64,000 bases of DNA, taken from Candidatus Gorgyraea atricola (GTDB lineage: Bacteria > Omnitrophota > Gorgyraeia > Gorgyraeales > Gorgyraeaceae). Where the stretch lies: assembly GCA_030765235.1 (NCBI GenBank), contig JAVCCW010000021.1, positions 733 through 64,732 on the forward strand, written 5' to 3'. Numbering within the stretch: position 1 is the first letter of the stretch; each line of letters starts with the position of its first letter. Both the position numbers and the translations under genes were made by a program. The notes beneath the pieces are model-generated. The model was not told the DNA's origin, searched no databases, and saw only the letters and a list, made by a program, of their open reading frames with translations. This document shows, piece by piece, positions 28,626 through 36,985 of the stretch.

Positions 28626-31600
28626 GTGATGAGAGAAGATAAAGGTATTGCCTTAATCTTGGTCGTAAGCGTTTTGGCAGTGGCTGGCATAATGGCAGTA
28701 TCCTTTGCCTTTACTATGCGCTTGGAGCTAAAGGCTGCGAATAATTATCTCGAGGCCACAAAGGCGTCTTATCTGGCAGAGGCAGGCATCAGCTATGCGC
28801 AGTCGGTCTTAAAGGAAGACGAGAGGGGAATAGATAGCTTTGAAGATAAATGGTATACGATTTTTTCAGGCGCGGATATTGATAATGATGGCGATGAAGA
28901 GATGGATTCAAAATGGATATATGTCTATAATGACCTGGACGAGCCAGTAGGCCGTTACGCAGTTTTAGTCAGGGACCAGACAAGCCTTTTAAATATAAAT
29001 ATTGCTACAAAACAAAATCTCTCTCCACTAAAGACCACAGAGGGCTGGACACCGTACGAACTGGACCTGCAGAAATTCCTTGCCTCTTTTGAAATAGATG
29101 ATTCTCAAACTTCATACGAGGAGATCCTGGATTTTAGATATGGCCTTGATGGTGAACCAGGCGCATCAGGAGTTGATGATAATCAAAACCAGAGGATCCT
29201 TGTATCAGACGGCATAGATAATAATGCTGACGGCATTATTGATGAGGCAGGTGAGGGCATTGATGAGCCAATGGAATTTGTTGCGGGTACTCCTTATGGA
29301 GACGATAGCGCGTTCCAGACACCGTTTGAGCTCGCCAAGATAAGCTCTATTTCAGATAAGGTTTTCAAAAAGATCTACGCCTACATAACTTCATATTCTG
29401 TTGACAAAAATCTCGATGTGGAAGGCCGCATAAGAGAGAATATAAATTTTATGGACGCCGCGACCCTGGCAATACTTCTGGAGGATGCGGGCGTAAGGGA
29501 CCCGTTCCAGAAGGCAGTCAATATAATGGATGCGTGCGATGAGGATTTCAGCCAGAGCATCATAGTAAAGTTATACAACAGGATCGCCGCTGTTAACAGG
29601 GGCCCGGTGGGTGACTGGACATGGAAGAGCGGGCATTATGAGAGTGATATAAGCGATGGAGAGTCACTTACTGTCTCGTGGACCAATGTGCCAGAGGGAG
29701 AATATTATATAGGTGTCTTTGGCGTGGAGGATGAATTAGTGGGGAATGTTACGATCAATGATATGACCCAGGGTTCAGTAAAACATGGAGAGATATTAAG
29801 ATTTGGCGCTATTGCGTTTGAGAACAGAATACTGAACATGGAGATTAAAAATACAGAGGAGAGCGATAGATGTTATTTTTCATACATAGAATTATATCCA
29901 AGGCTTGGCCAGGAGGATTTTAGTTCTGTTGAGATCCGGGGCACCGAAGGCATAAGGATAAATGAGATAATGGTAAAGCCGATTTCGACCAGGCCTGTTT
30001 CTGACGGACAGGATCCTGGTGGAGACTGGTCATGGCAGGGCAGTTTCTATCAGAATAGTGAGGCTGGCGGCGGTAAGCCAGGCGAGGGGTCATGGAAATG
30101 GGAAGATATACCTGACGGTGATTATTATGTTCGAGTGTTTGCAGGTGAGACAGGCCAGCATGTAGGGGATCTAGAAATAAACGGCGCGCGCTCAAGGGAC
30201 ATGGTAGACGAGGATCTCTTTGGAGACGGAAGAACAGTGACTGTTTCAGGTAAGAAACTTATCGTAAGGATACAGAATAATCGTTCCTCTGGTTCAACAT
30301 CTTTTAGGTCAATTGAATTGAGTCAGGAGCCAGATGGAGAGTATATAGAGTTAGTGAATCTTACGCCCAGAGAAGTAGATCTTGGTGGATGGAGCGTGGA
30401 AGGTCCCAGCAAAGAAAGCTGGCCTGCTACTATTCCTCTTGGGACTGTTATTGGGCCGGATGAGCATCTCGCTCTCTGCGTTGATAAAGATGATTCGCAG
30501 TCAGGCATTGATAATAATGATATATCTTTTCTGTCTATCTGGGGCCAGGAAAGATCGCAGGAGCTTCATTTTTTTAAGGCAGTAACGCCTGAGTCAGATC
30601 TGCTTTCCAATGATAGCGAGCCAGGAGGAAATATCATTACTCTCAAAGATCCCATGGGCCATATTGTCGATCAGGTAGAGTATTCTGTAGGCAGTGTTAC
30701 AGCATACAAGAGTCTTGAGCGTTCAGACCCGAGTTATGTTTTAGATTCAAATTCCAATGGCGTGCCGGATAACTGGTATCTATCCAAGGCAGAGGATGGC
30801 GCAACACCAGGCCTGCCAAATGATAATGATGGCATGGAAGAGAAGATAATGGAAGGCGGCGTGGTAGTAGAGATAATAGAACATGATATTACGGAAGTAG
30901 AAGTGAAGAACAAGAATTTTTCTTCAGTTGGCGAGCTTGCGTTTGCGTCTCTGGGCAGCGAGGAATGGGAAAGAGTGCCGCTGGAAGATGTTTCCAAGAT
31001 AGCTGACAGGTTAACAGTGTTTGGCATAAGGCTGGAGGCAGAGGGCCACATTGTGTCTGGAGAAGAAGGCGGATGGGGCATTGTGCAAAGGGCATCTCCT
31101 TTTACAGATCATTTTGAGAGCGGCGAATTGGATGAGATCGGCACGTGGCGCTGGGAAGAAAAACACGGGATCAGGGATGGTTATTATACATTAAGGATAT
31201 TTGGCCTAGAGGAAGAGGAGATTGCAGTGTCTTTGCACCTGGCAGATGATACATGGACGAGTTTTACACCTTCTCTTAGTCCTGGCCCAGACGGGAGTAT
31301 ACTTTTTGGAAATATAGAAGTCGGGACAGATAGCGATATATCCACACCAAAAGGCATCCTGGAGTTAAAGGTAAAGAATCTCTCTAAGACCGAAGCCGCG
31401 CATTTTGATTTTATAAGATTAGACCCTGTAAATTTTATTGATGGGAAGATCAATATAAATACTGCGTCGAAAAAGGTATTGAGTGTCATGCCTGGTATGG
31501 ATGAGAGTATTGCGGAGGGAATAATATCCAACAGGGTGTACGGTGACAAGAATGGGCTGCGTCTTGGCATAGGCGATTTGATCTCAAGCAGTGCATTGGG

Positions 31601-31754
31601 TTCTGAGGATGCAGAGAAAAAAGAAAAATTCAGGCAGATCTCAAACCTTGTGACAGTGCACTCTGACATCTACAGGATCATAGCGACTGGTCAGACATTA
31701 GATAACGGTAAGGTGCTATCAGAAAAAAAGATCTGGGCGGTATTTGAGCGCTGA
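28626..31754 (+). CDS. Giant GspK/PilX-like pseudopilin with lamin-tail-like and HhH regions
   Basis: Prepilin-like KG|IALILVV N-terminus, LNIN/ININTAS motifs, INEIM...EYIELVN...VDLGGW, acidic DxDxDG motifs. Confidence 0.75.
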   Translation: MMREDKGIALILVVSVLAVAGIMAVSFAFTMRLELKAANNYLEATKASYLAEAGISYAQSVLKEDERGIDSFEDKWYTIFSGADIDNDGDEEMDSKWIYVYNDLDEPVGRYAVLVRDQTSLLNINIATKQNLSPLKTTEGWTPYELDLQKFLASFEIDDSQTSYEEILDFRYGLDGEPGASGVDDNQNQRILVSDGIDNNADGIIDEAGEGIDEPMEFVAGTPYGDDSAFQTPFELAKISSISDKVFKKIYAYITSYSVDKNLDVEGRIRENINFMDAATLAILLEDAGVRDPFQKAVNIMDACDEDFSQSIIVKLYNRIAAVNRGPVGDWTWKSGHYESDISDGESLTVSWTNVPEGEYYIGVFGVEDELVGNVTINDMTQGSVKHGEILRFGAIAFENRILNMEIKNTEESDRCYFSYIELYPRLGQEDFSSVEIRGTEGIRINEIMVKPISTRPVSDGQDPGGDWSWQGSFYQNSEAGGGKPGEGSWKWEDIPDGDYYVRVFAGETGQHVGDLEINGARSRDMVDEDLFGDGRTVTVSGKKLIVRIQNNRSSGSTSFRSIELSQEPDGEYIELVNLTPREVDLGGWSVEGPSKESWPATIPLGTVIGPDEHLALCVDKDDSQSGIDNNDISFLSIWGQERSQELHFFKAVTPESDLLSNDSEPGGNIITLKDPMGHIVDQVEYSVGSVTAYKSLERSDPSYVLDSNSNGVPDNWYLSKAEDGATPGLPNDNDGMEEKIMEGGVVVEIIEHDITEVEVKNKNFSSVGELAFASLGSEEWERVPLEDVSKIADRLTVFGIRLEAEGHIVSGEEGGWGIVQRASPFTDHFESGELDEIGTWRWEEKHGIRDGYYTLRIFGLEEEEIAVSLHLADDTWTSFTPSLSPGPDGSILFGNIEVGTDSDISTPKGILELKVKNLSKTEAAHFDFIRLDPVNFIDGKININTASKKVLSVMPGMDESIAEGIISNRVYGDKNGLRLGIGDLISSSALGSEDAEKKEKFRQISNLVTVHSDIYRIIATGQTLDNGKVLSEKKIWAVFER

Positions 31755-31803
31755 GAAAGTCCTTGCATATTTTGTTTCGAGCATTATACTATATCTATAT
31801 ATT

Positions 31804-33612
31804 ATGAATAACAAAAATAATAGATCTATTTCTATTATAGTAAAGGCCGCTGCGATCTCTATGGCGGTCTTTTTTATTTTTATAGGCACATGCGCCGCGA
31901 GCATCTCTAGTAGTACTAATTATAAATTACACACTGCCATGGCAGATGGCGGCGGAGCAGCTGGTTCGTCAACAGCTTACAGCGCGGAGAATAGCGTTGG
32001 CGCGCCATTGGGTACAGCTGTTGCTACTGGCACGAGCTATAAGATCTATTCAGGGCTTCTTGCCACTACAAACGCCTTACCTGATATTGCTATAACATCT
32101 TACAATGATGGTCTGTTGATAAATGATGATACGCCATCGCTGGAATGGATTTATGAGGACAAGGATACAGATCCTCAGCGCTACTACCAGGTACAGGTTT
32201 CCAAGGATAATTTTGTCACACTTCAAGTAGATTCTGGACTCATTGCATCCAGCGATATTAGTTACACCACGCCGATTCTTTCAACTGATGAAGCTGGTGT
32301 TAGCTACCGCTGGCGCGTAAGAGTAAGCGATGGGTTTGATTATTCAGGCTGGCAGAATGCTACATCTGGCTTTAGGCTTACCACTGCGGCAATGGACGTA
32401 CCTATAATATGGGCAAGGGTATCCGCGGGCGGAGACGATATTCCCGCTAAATTATGGCAGGATTGCGGTACTCCTTATATGTATTGGGATTATCCAGTTA
32501 CAGGCCTGGATGTTGTGGGTTATAGTTATGCATGGGGAAGTATGCCAGATGATCAGCTTGACACAGCAGCCTTTTCTTATCAGACAGAACAGGACTTGCT
32601 CTCTGACGGAGTCAGGGTCTTTAATCTTACAGCGCAGAATACAGGTGGTAATTGGAGCGATATGGCCTCTTTTGAGATATGGATAGATAGAGGAGATCCT
32701 AGCGTAGGCGCATATTCTCCAGCCAGTGGCACTACTATATCTACAGACGTGCCTATGATTTCAATAAACGCTTCAGATGAATATAGCGGCATAAACCCGG
32801 ATGCCATAGACATGACAATAAATAGATCAAGCGTTGGCGCGACCTATGACGAAGGCGCGCAATCAATTGTGTATATACCATCTGTTCCTTTAAGTGAGGG
32901 CGACAATACTATATCAGTTGAGGTAAGCGATTTTGTCGGAAACACAAGCTCGCCTTTGATCTGGAGTTTTGTAGTAGATACAGAGGGCCCATCAGGTTCG
33001 ATTATCATTAATAATCAGGATGCTGTTACAAACTCCATCTATGTAAACCTTGTGTTGAGCGCGAGCGATTCCACAACAGATGTCCTGAGTATGTCTATTT
33101 CCAATGATGGTGTCTTTGATACAGAGACATGGGAGGTATTCTCGACGAGAAAAGATAACTGGACGCTTCCTGCCATAAGCGGCACCCGCAAGGTCTATGT
33201 GAAGTTCAAGGATACTGCAGGAAATGAATCAGAGATATTAAGCGATACCATAGAGCTTATAATCATAGCGCCTGACACCATAATAACAAGCGGTCCGAGC
33301 CTCTTGACCAAATCTACCACTGCGCTCTTTACCTTCAAGTCCACTATAGACAGCTGTGTCTTTAGGTGGAAGTTTAATGATGAGGAATGGTCAGAGTGGA
33401 GCACTGAGAACTCTGTCACCAGGGAAGAACTGTCCCAGGGCAATCACTACTTTAAGGTACAATCTGCCAAGGACGTAAACAATAATACCGAGATCGATGC
33501 AGACGAGATGGATCCTGTACCAGAAGAACGCACCTGGACCATAAGCGAAACCGGCGTTGTAAAACCCGACCTACCCACCAAAAAACCCTTCAAATTCTGG
33601 AAAAAAGAATAA
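31804..33612 (+). CDS. Secreted Ig/FN3-like beta-sandwich repeat protein
   Basis: Signal anchor, YRWRVRVSDG, VYVKFKDTAGNES, PDTIITSGP. Confidence 0.7.
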   Translation: MNNKNNRSISIIVKAAAISMAVFFIFIGTCAASISSSTNYKLHTAMADGGGAAGSSTAYSAENSVGAPLGTAVATGTSYKIYSGLLATTNALPDIAITSYNDGLLINDDTPSLEWIYEDKDTDPQRYYQVQVSKDNFVTLQVDSGLIASSDISYTTPILSTDEAGVSYRWRVRVSDGFDYSGWQNATSGFRLTTAAMDVPIIWARVSAGGDDIPAKLWQDCGTPYMYWDYPVTGLDVVGYSYAWGSMPDDQLDTAAFSYQTEQDLLSDGVRVFNLTAQNTGGNWSDMASFEIWIDRGDPSVGAYSPASGTTISTDVPMISINASDEYSGINPDAIDMTINRSSVGATYDEGAQSIVYIPSVPLSEGDNTISVEVSDFVGNTSSPLIWSFVVDTEGPSGSIIINNQDAVTNSIYVNLVLSASDSTTDVLSMSISNDGVFDTETWEVFSTRKDNWTLPAISGTRKVYVKFKDTAGNESEILSDTIELIIIAPDTIITSGPSLLTKSTTALFTFKSTIDSCVFRWKFNDEEWSEWSTENSVTREELSQGNHYFKVQSAKDVNNNTEIDADEMDPVPEERTWTISETGVVKPDLPTKKPFKFWKKE

Positions 33613-33640
33613 TCCTAACTCCTTTATTCCCAATAACTTC

Positions 33641-33670
33641 CTTGTCCCTTGTCCCTTGTCCCTTGTCCCT
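33641..33670 (-). repeat. Four perfect GGGACAA heptamers
   Basis: (CTTGTCC)x4 on the + strand. Confidence 0.9.
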
Positions 33671-33685
33671 TTTTCTCCCCCTACC

Positions 33686-33714
33686 TTGACAAATACTATC
33701 TGGTAGTATATAGT
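33686..33714 (+). promoter_or_regulatory. Sigma70-type promoter with a dyad in the spacer
   Basis: TTGACA-17-TATAGT; spacer contains TACTAtctggTAGTA. Confidence 0.65.
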
Positions 33715-33756
33715 TGTATCACCCCCTATCAGACATATGATAGGGTTTTTGTGTCA

Positions 33757-33924
33757 AGTGAGGACACGATTTACGAAAATCAAAGATTTTCGTAAATCGT
33801 TTGTCCGAACTTGACCCCCACACCAATTTCTAAGCATACCAAAAGATGTCTGCTTAAATTGGTGTGGGGGTTTAATTCGCACAGCAACTTATGTTCACTT
33901 CGTTCCATAAGTTGCGTGCTCATT
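33757..33924 (+). mobile_element. Composite hairpin element, copy B (empty core)
   Basis: AGTGAGGAC-hairpin-GTCCGAACT, ACCCCCACACCAATT...AATTGGTGTGGGGGT, AATTCGCAC-hairpin-GTGCTCATT. Confidence 0.9.
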
Positions 33925-33931
33925 AAAGGAC

Positions 33932-34126
33932 ATGATTATGAATAAGGAAAAATACTATTCAGCGACAGAGGCTGCTGAGTTTCTGGGCATATCAAAGCAG
34001 ACATTGATTCGCTATGAGAATAAGAAGGTATTCCCTAAGCCTAAGCGTAATGCTGTAAATGGATGGCGGGAGTATACTGAGGATGAGATCAGGCGTCTTA
34101 AGACCATAATGGGAAGGGAACGCTGA
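33932..34126 (+). CDS. Small MerR-type HTH DNA-binding protein
   Basis: EAAEFLGISKQTLIRYE...NGWREYTEDEI. Confidence 0.88.
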   Translation: MIMNKEKYYSATEAAEFLGISKQTLIRYENKKVFPKPKRNAVNGWREYTEDEIRRLKTIMGRER

Positions 34127-35652
34127 TGGTTAAGCTGGCCAATACCTCAATAGGGTTGGATATCGGCACTCGCTTTATAAAGCTCGTTGAGCTTAAGAGG
34201 GCCAAAGACAACACTATTCTCCTGAATAAATTTGGCGTAAAGGAGATCCCAAAAGACCTTAAGATGGACAGGGATAAGGTGATCCTTCAGCTGATATCAC
34301 AGCTATTTTCTGAGAACAATATAAAGTTGCGCAATGTAAATATAGCTGCAGGCGGCCAGTCAGTCTTTGTGAGATTCGTGAAGCTTTTGCAGACAAAAGA
34401 GGACAAGCTCAAGCAAACAATGAAGTTCGAGGCGCAGAATCAAATACCATTTCCCCTGAACGAAGTGGCATGGGATTGGTCGCTGCTGGATAAAGACAAG
34501 AAGGCCACTAAAAAAGCAGTAATAGTGGCGATAAAAAAGAACCTGATAAATGATATGATCGCGAAATTAAAGAGCATAAAATTAGCTACTAACCTCATAG
34601 ATGTATCGCCCATAGCCCTTTATAATTGTATGAGTTTTAATGAGGATTATGAGGAGGCTAAGCTCGGCGCCATATTAGACATAGGTGAGCGCTCGAGTAA
34701 CCTGATCATCTTTAAACAGGGAAACATATGGATAAGGAGTTTTCCAATAGCAGGCGAGAGAATAACAGAGGCAAAAGAGCAGGGCATAGAGGAACTTATA
34801 GGAGAGATAGAACGCTCAATAGAATATTATTTTATGCAGAGCGGCGAAGAATCAGCTACAAAGAAGCTTAATGAACTTATCCTTACAGGAGGCGGTTCGC
34901 TGATCCAGGACCTTGTTGCCGCGATCTCTGCTAAGTTTGACATGGCCCCGAAAATACTTGATCCATTCAGGAAATTGCAGATAGATAAAAGTGCATTTTC
35001 CAATACAGAGTCGCAAGGTATTAAAAACCAGCTTGCCGTGGCTATTGGCCTTGGCTTAAGAGGTATGACAGGATTAAAGATAGAGGTAAACTTTCTGAAA
35101 GAGATACTTTTGGAGACTCAGCTTCTTGGCCAGAAGGGCCTATATTCAAAACTTTCAATGGCCATGACAGCAGTTATCATAGTAAGCTTTTCAATGTTTA
35201 TGAGACAGGACTATTCTGTAAAGAGGGCTAAGCTCGGCAAGATAGATGAGATGCTCGAACTTTACAGGACCTATGAGCCAAAGATAAAAAAGATGCAGGA
35301 TAAAGAGGATATATTAAAGGAAAAAATAGATGTCTTGCACCAGACAGCTTCATCAAGGGCTGTCTGGCTCGATTGCCTGAAGATAATCTCTGACATCCAG
35401 CCAAAGGAGCTTTGGGTTACAGATGTCTCAGGCATAGTCTCATTGGAGAAGAGCGGGCTTGCGAGATTGGATATGAGCGGTAAGGCTGCCTCGTACCAGT
35501 CAGTGACGAATTTTGTCTCGAGCCTAAAGTCTTCACCGATATTTATGGATGTAAAACCTATTTCTTCTTCTATAGAGACAGATGAGACAACACTCGAGGA
35601 AGTAGTGAAGTTTTCAATAACAATGGACGTAGTAGTGACGGAGAACGAGTGA
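34126..35652 (+). CDS. pilM: PilM-like ATPase-fold protein fused to a PilN-like domain
   Basis: IGLDIG, QIPFPL, LDIG, LTGGG, AIGLGLR; then VNFL, a TM helix and a PilN-like periplasmic domain. Confidence 0.85.
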   Translation: MVKLANTSIGLDIGTRFIKLVELKRAKDNTILLNKFGVKEIPKDLKMDRDKVILQLISQLFSENNIKLRNVNIAAGGQSVFVRFVKLLQTKEDKLKQTMKFEAQNQIPFPLNEVAWDWSLLDKDKKATKKAVIVAIKKNLINDMIAKLKSIKLATNLIDVSPIALYNCMSFNEDYEEAKLGAILDIGERSSNLIIFKQGNIWIRSFPIAGERITEAKEQGIEELIGEIERSIEYYFMQSGEESATKKLNELILTGGGSLIQDLVAAISAKFDMAPKILDPFRKLQIDKSAFSNTESQGIKNQLAVAIGLGLRGMTGLKIEVNFLKEILLETQLLGQKGLYSKLSMAMTAVIIVSFSMFMRQDYSVKRAKLGKIDEMLELYRTYEPKIKKMQDKEDILKEKIDVLHQTASSRAVWLDCLKIISDIQPKELWVTDVSGIVSLEKSGLARLDMSGKAASYQSVTNFVSSLKSSPIFMDVKPISSSIETDETTLEEVVKFSITMDVVVTENE

Positions 35653-36413
35653 TGTTAAAGACGCAGAAAGAAAAGACAATATTGAAGCAGGGCTTGATAG
35701 CGCTTGGCGCGATAGTGCTTATTTATATATTTGTGCTAAGTCCTTTTCTTGGAGATGGAAGCTCTATACTCGATGATGAGCTGGACCGGAAAGGCACAGA
35801 TATAAAAAAGTATATTGCCCGCACAGGGTCGCTCCCATCCAAAGAGAGTTTTAAAAAATTAGAGACCCAGACCCTTGAACTGGAAGAAAAGTTTACAGAA
35901 ATCATGGATTTTATAGATCCTGAAAAGACCAGAATAGCCCAGTCCACTACAGAGGCAGGCCTCTATTTCATAGATAAGCTGCACTCTTCAATGAAGAAGT
36001 TTTCAGATACTGCTGACGCAAAAAGCATAAGCCTTCCGGAAAATCTGGGTTTTGGCGACGGACTCCCAAAGGAACGCATGGTGGACACACTTCTCAGGCA
36101 ACTGGAGACAGTGGAGATGGTGACAGGTATATTATTAGAGAATGATACAACAGAATTTACGGCTATAAAACCGTTAAGGTCCATAGATTATATAGAATCG
36201 TTGAGTAAAGAAGTCCTTTACTCAGAGATACCCGTTCAGATCTCAGTGAAGATAGATACCGAGGCCCTTATATCTCTTTTGCTGGAACTTAAAAACGCGA
36301 GTCCTGTAGTCTCAGTAAAAGAGATGCATATAAAAAGCGGGGATCTTGATAATGGCAAGATAGAGGTAAGTCTCGTAATGAGTACATTTAATATAGCGCG
36401 AGCGACAGAATGA
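35649..36413 (+). CDS. PilO/GspM-like protein (resembles the Amuc_1100 family)
   Basis: N-terminal TM helix, coiled coil, LGF...LP...LRQL; position after pilM. Confidence 0.55.
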   Translation: MMLKTQKEKTILKQGLIALGAIVLIYIFVLSPFLGDGSSILDDELDRKGTDIKKYIARTGSLPSKESFKKLETQTLELEEKFTEIMDFIDPEKTRIAQSTTEAGLYFIDKLHSSMKKFSDTADAKSISLPENLGFGDGLPKERMVDTLLRQLETVEMVTGILLENDTTEFTAIKPLRSIDYIESLSKEVLYSEIPVQISVKIDTEALISLLLELKNASPVVSVKEMHIKSGDLDNGKIEVSLVMSTFNIARATE

Positions 36414-36985
36414 TAATAAAAGAGAAGATAATATTTTTGTTGCTCTTGGTAGTTTCTATCGTGATATTGATCTTTGGGTTTGGGTCGCAGGGCAAGAAAA
36501 AAGAGGCGACAAGGGAATTGATGAAGGATATTGAGCTCGCGACCAAGAAGAGCAAGGCAAAGAAAAAGGCCGAGCTAAAAGACAGATGGGATTTTAGCGC
36601 GATAAAGGCATTCGATAAACTGACTGCCTATAACGTTCTTTTAAAACGCAGCCCTTTTTTCAAGGTCATGACTGAAGGCGGGGTTAAAAAGGCGGAACCT
36701 ATTGCTGTGAAGGTAGAGAAGAAAGAGCCGATCTTCAAATATAAGGGCAAAGTGACAATGGGCTCAAAGATAATGGTTGTTATTGAAGACCAGGGCACAG
36801 GCAAAAGTTTTTTTGCTAAAGAAGGGGACATGGTAGGCGATTTCCTGGTCTCGAGCATAGATGAGAAAGAAGTCGTTCTTAAAAAAAGAGGCGGGGAAGA
36901 ACTTGTATTGAGCGCTGCTAAAAAAGAAAAGAAAGTCAAGAAAGAGAAGAAAGAAGAGAAAGGCCTTAAAGATGAAGAAAAATAA
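36410..36985 (+). CDS. PilP/GspC-like membrane-anchored protein
   Basis: TM helix, RSPFF, YKG...VIED...KEGDMVG. Confidence 0.6.
   Translation: MIIKEKIIFLLLLVVSIVILIFGFGSQGKKKEATRELMKDIELATKKSKAKKKAELKDRWDFSAIKAFDKLTAYNVLLKRSPFFKVMTEGGVKKAEPIAVKVEKKEPIFKYKGKVTMGSKIMVVIEDQGTGKSFFAKEGDMVGDFLVSSIDEKEVVLKKRGGEELVLSAAKKEKKVKKEKKEEKGLKDEEK

Noticed and set aside
33757-33924. Cloverleaf fold suggesting a tRNA
   Set aside because: 168-421 nt long, no T-loop or D-loop consensus, no 7-nt anticodon loop, no CCA, and arm sequences vary freely between copies
33932-34126. Excisionase of an integrated element
   Set aside because: No integrase, att site or phage genes nearby; it is translationally coupled to pilM
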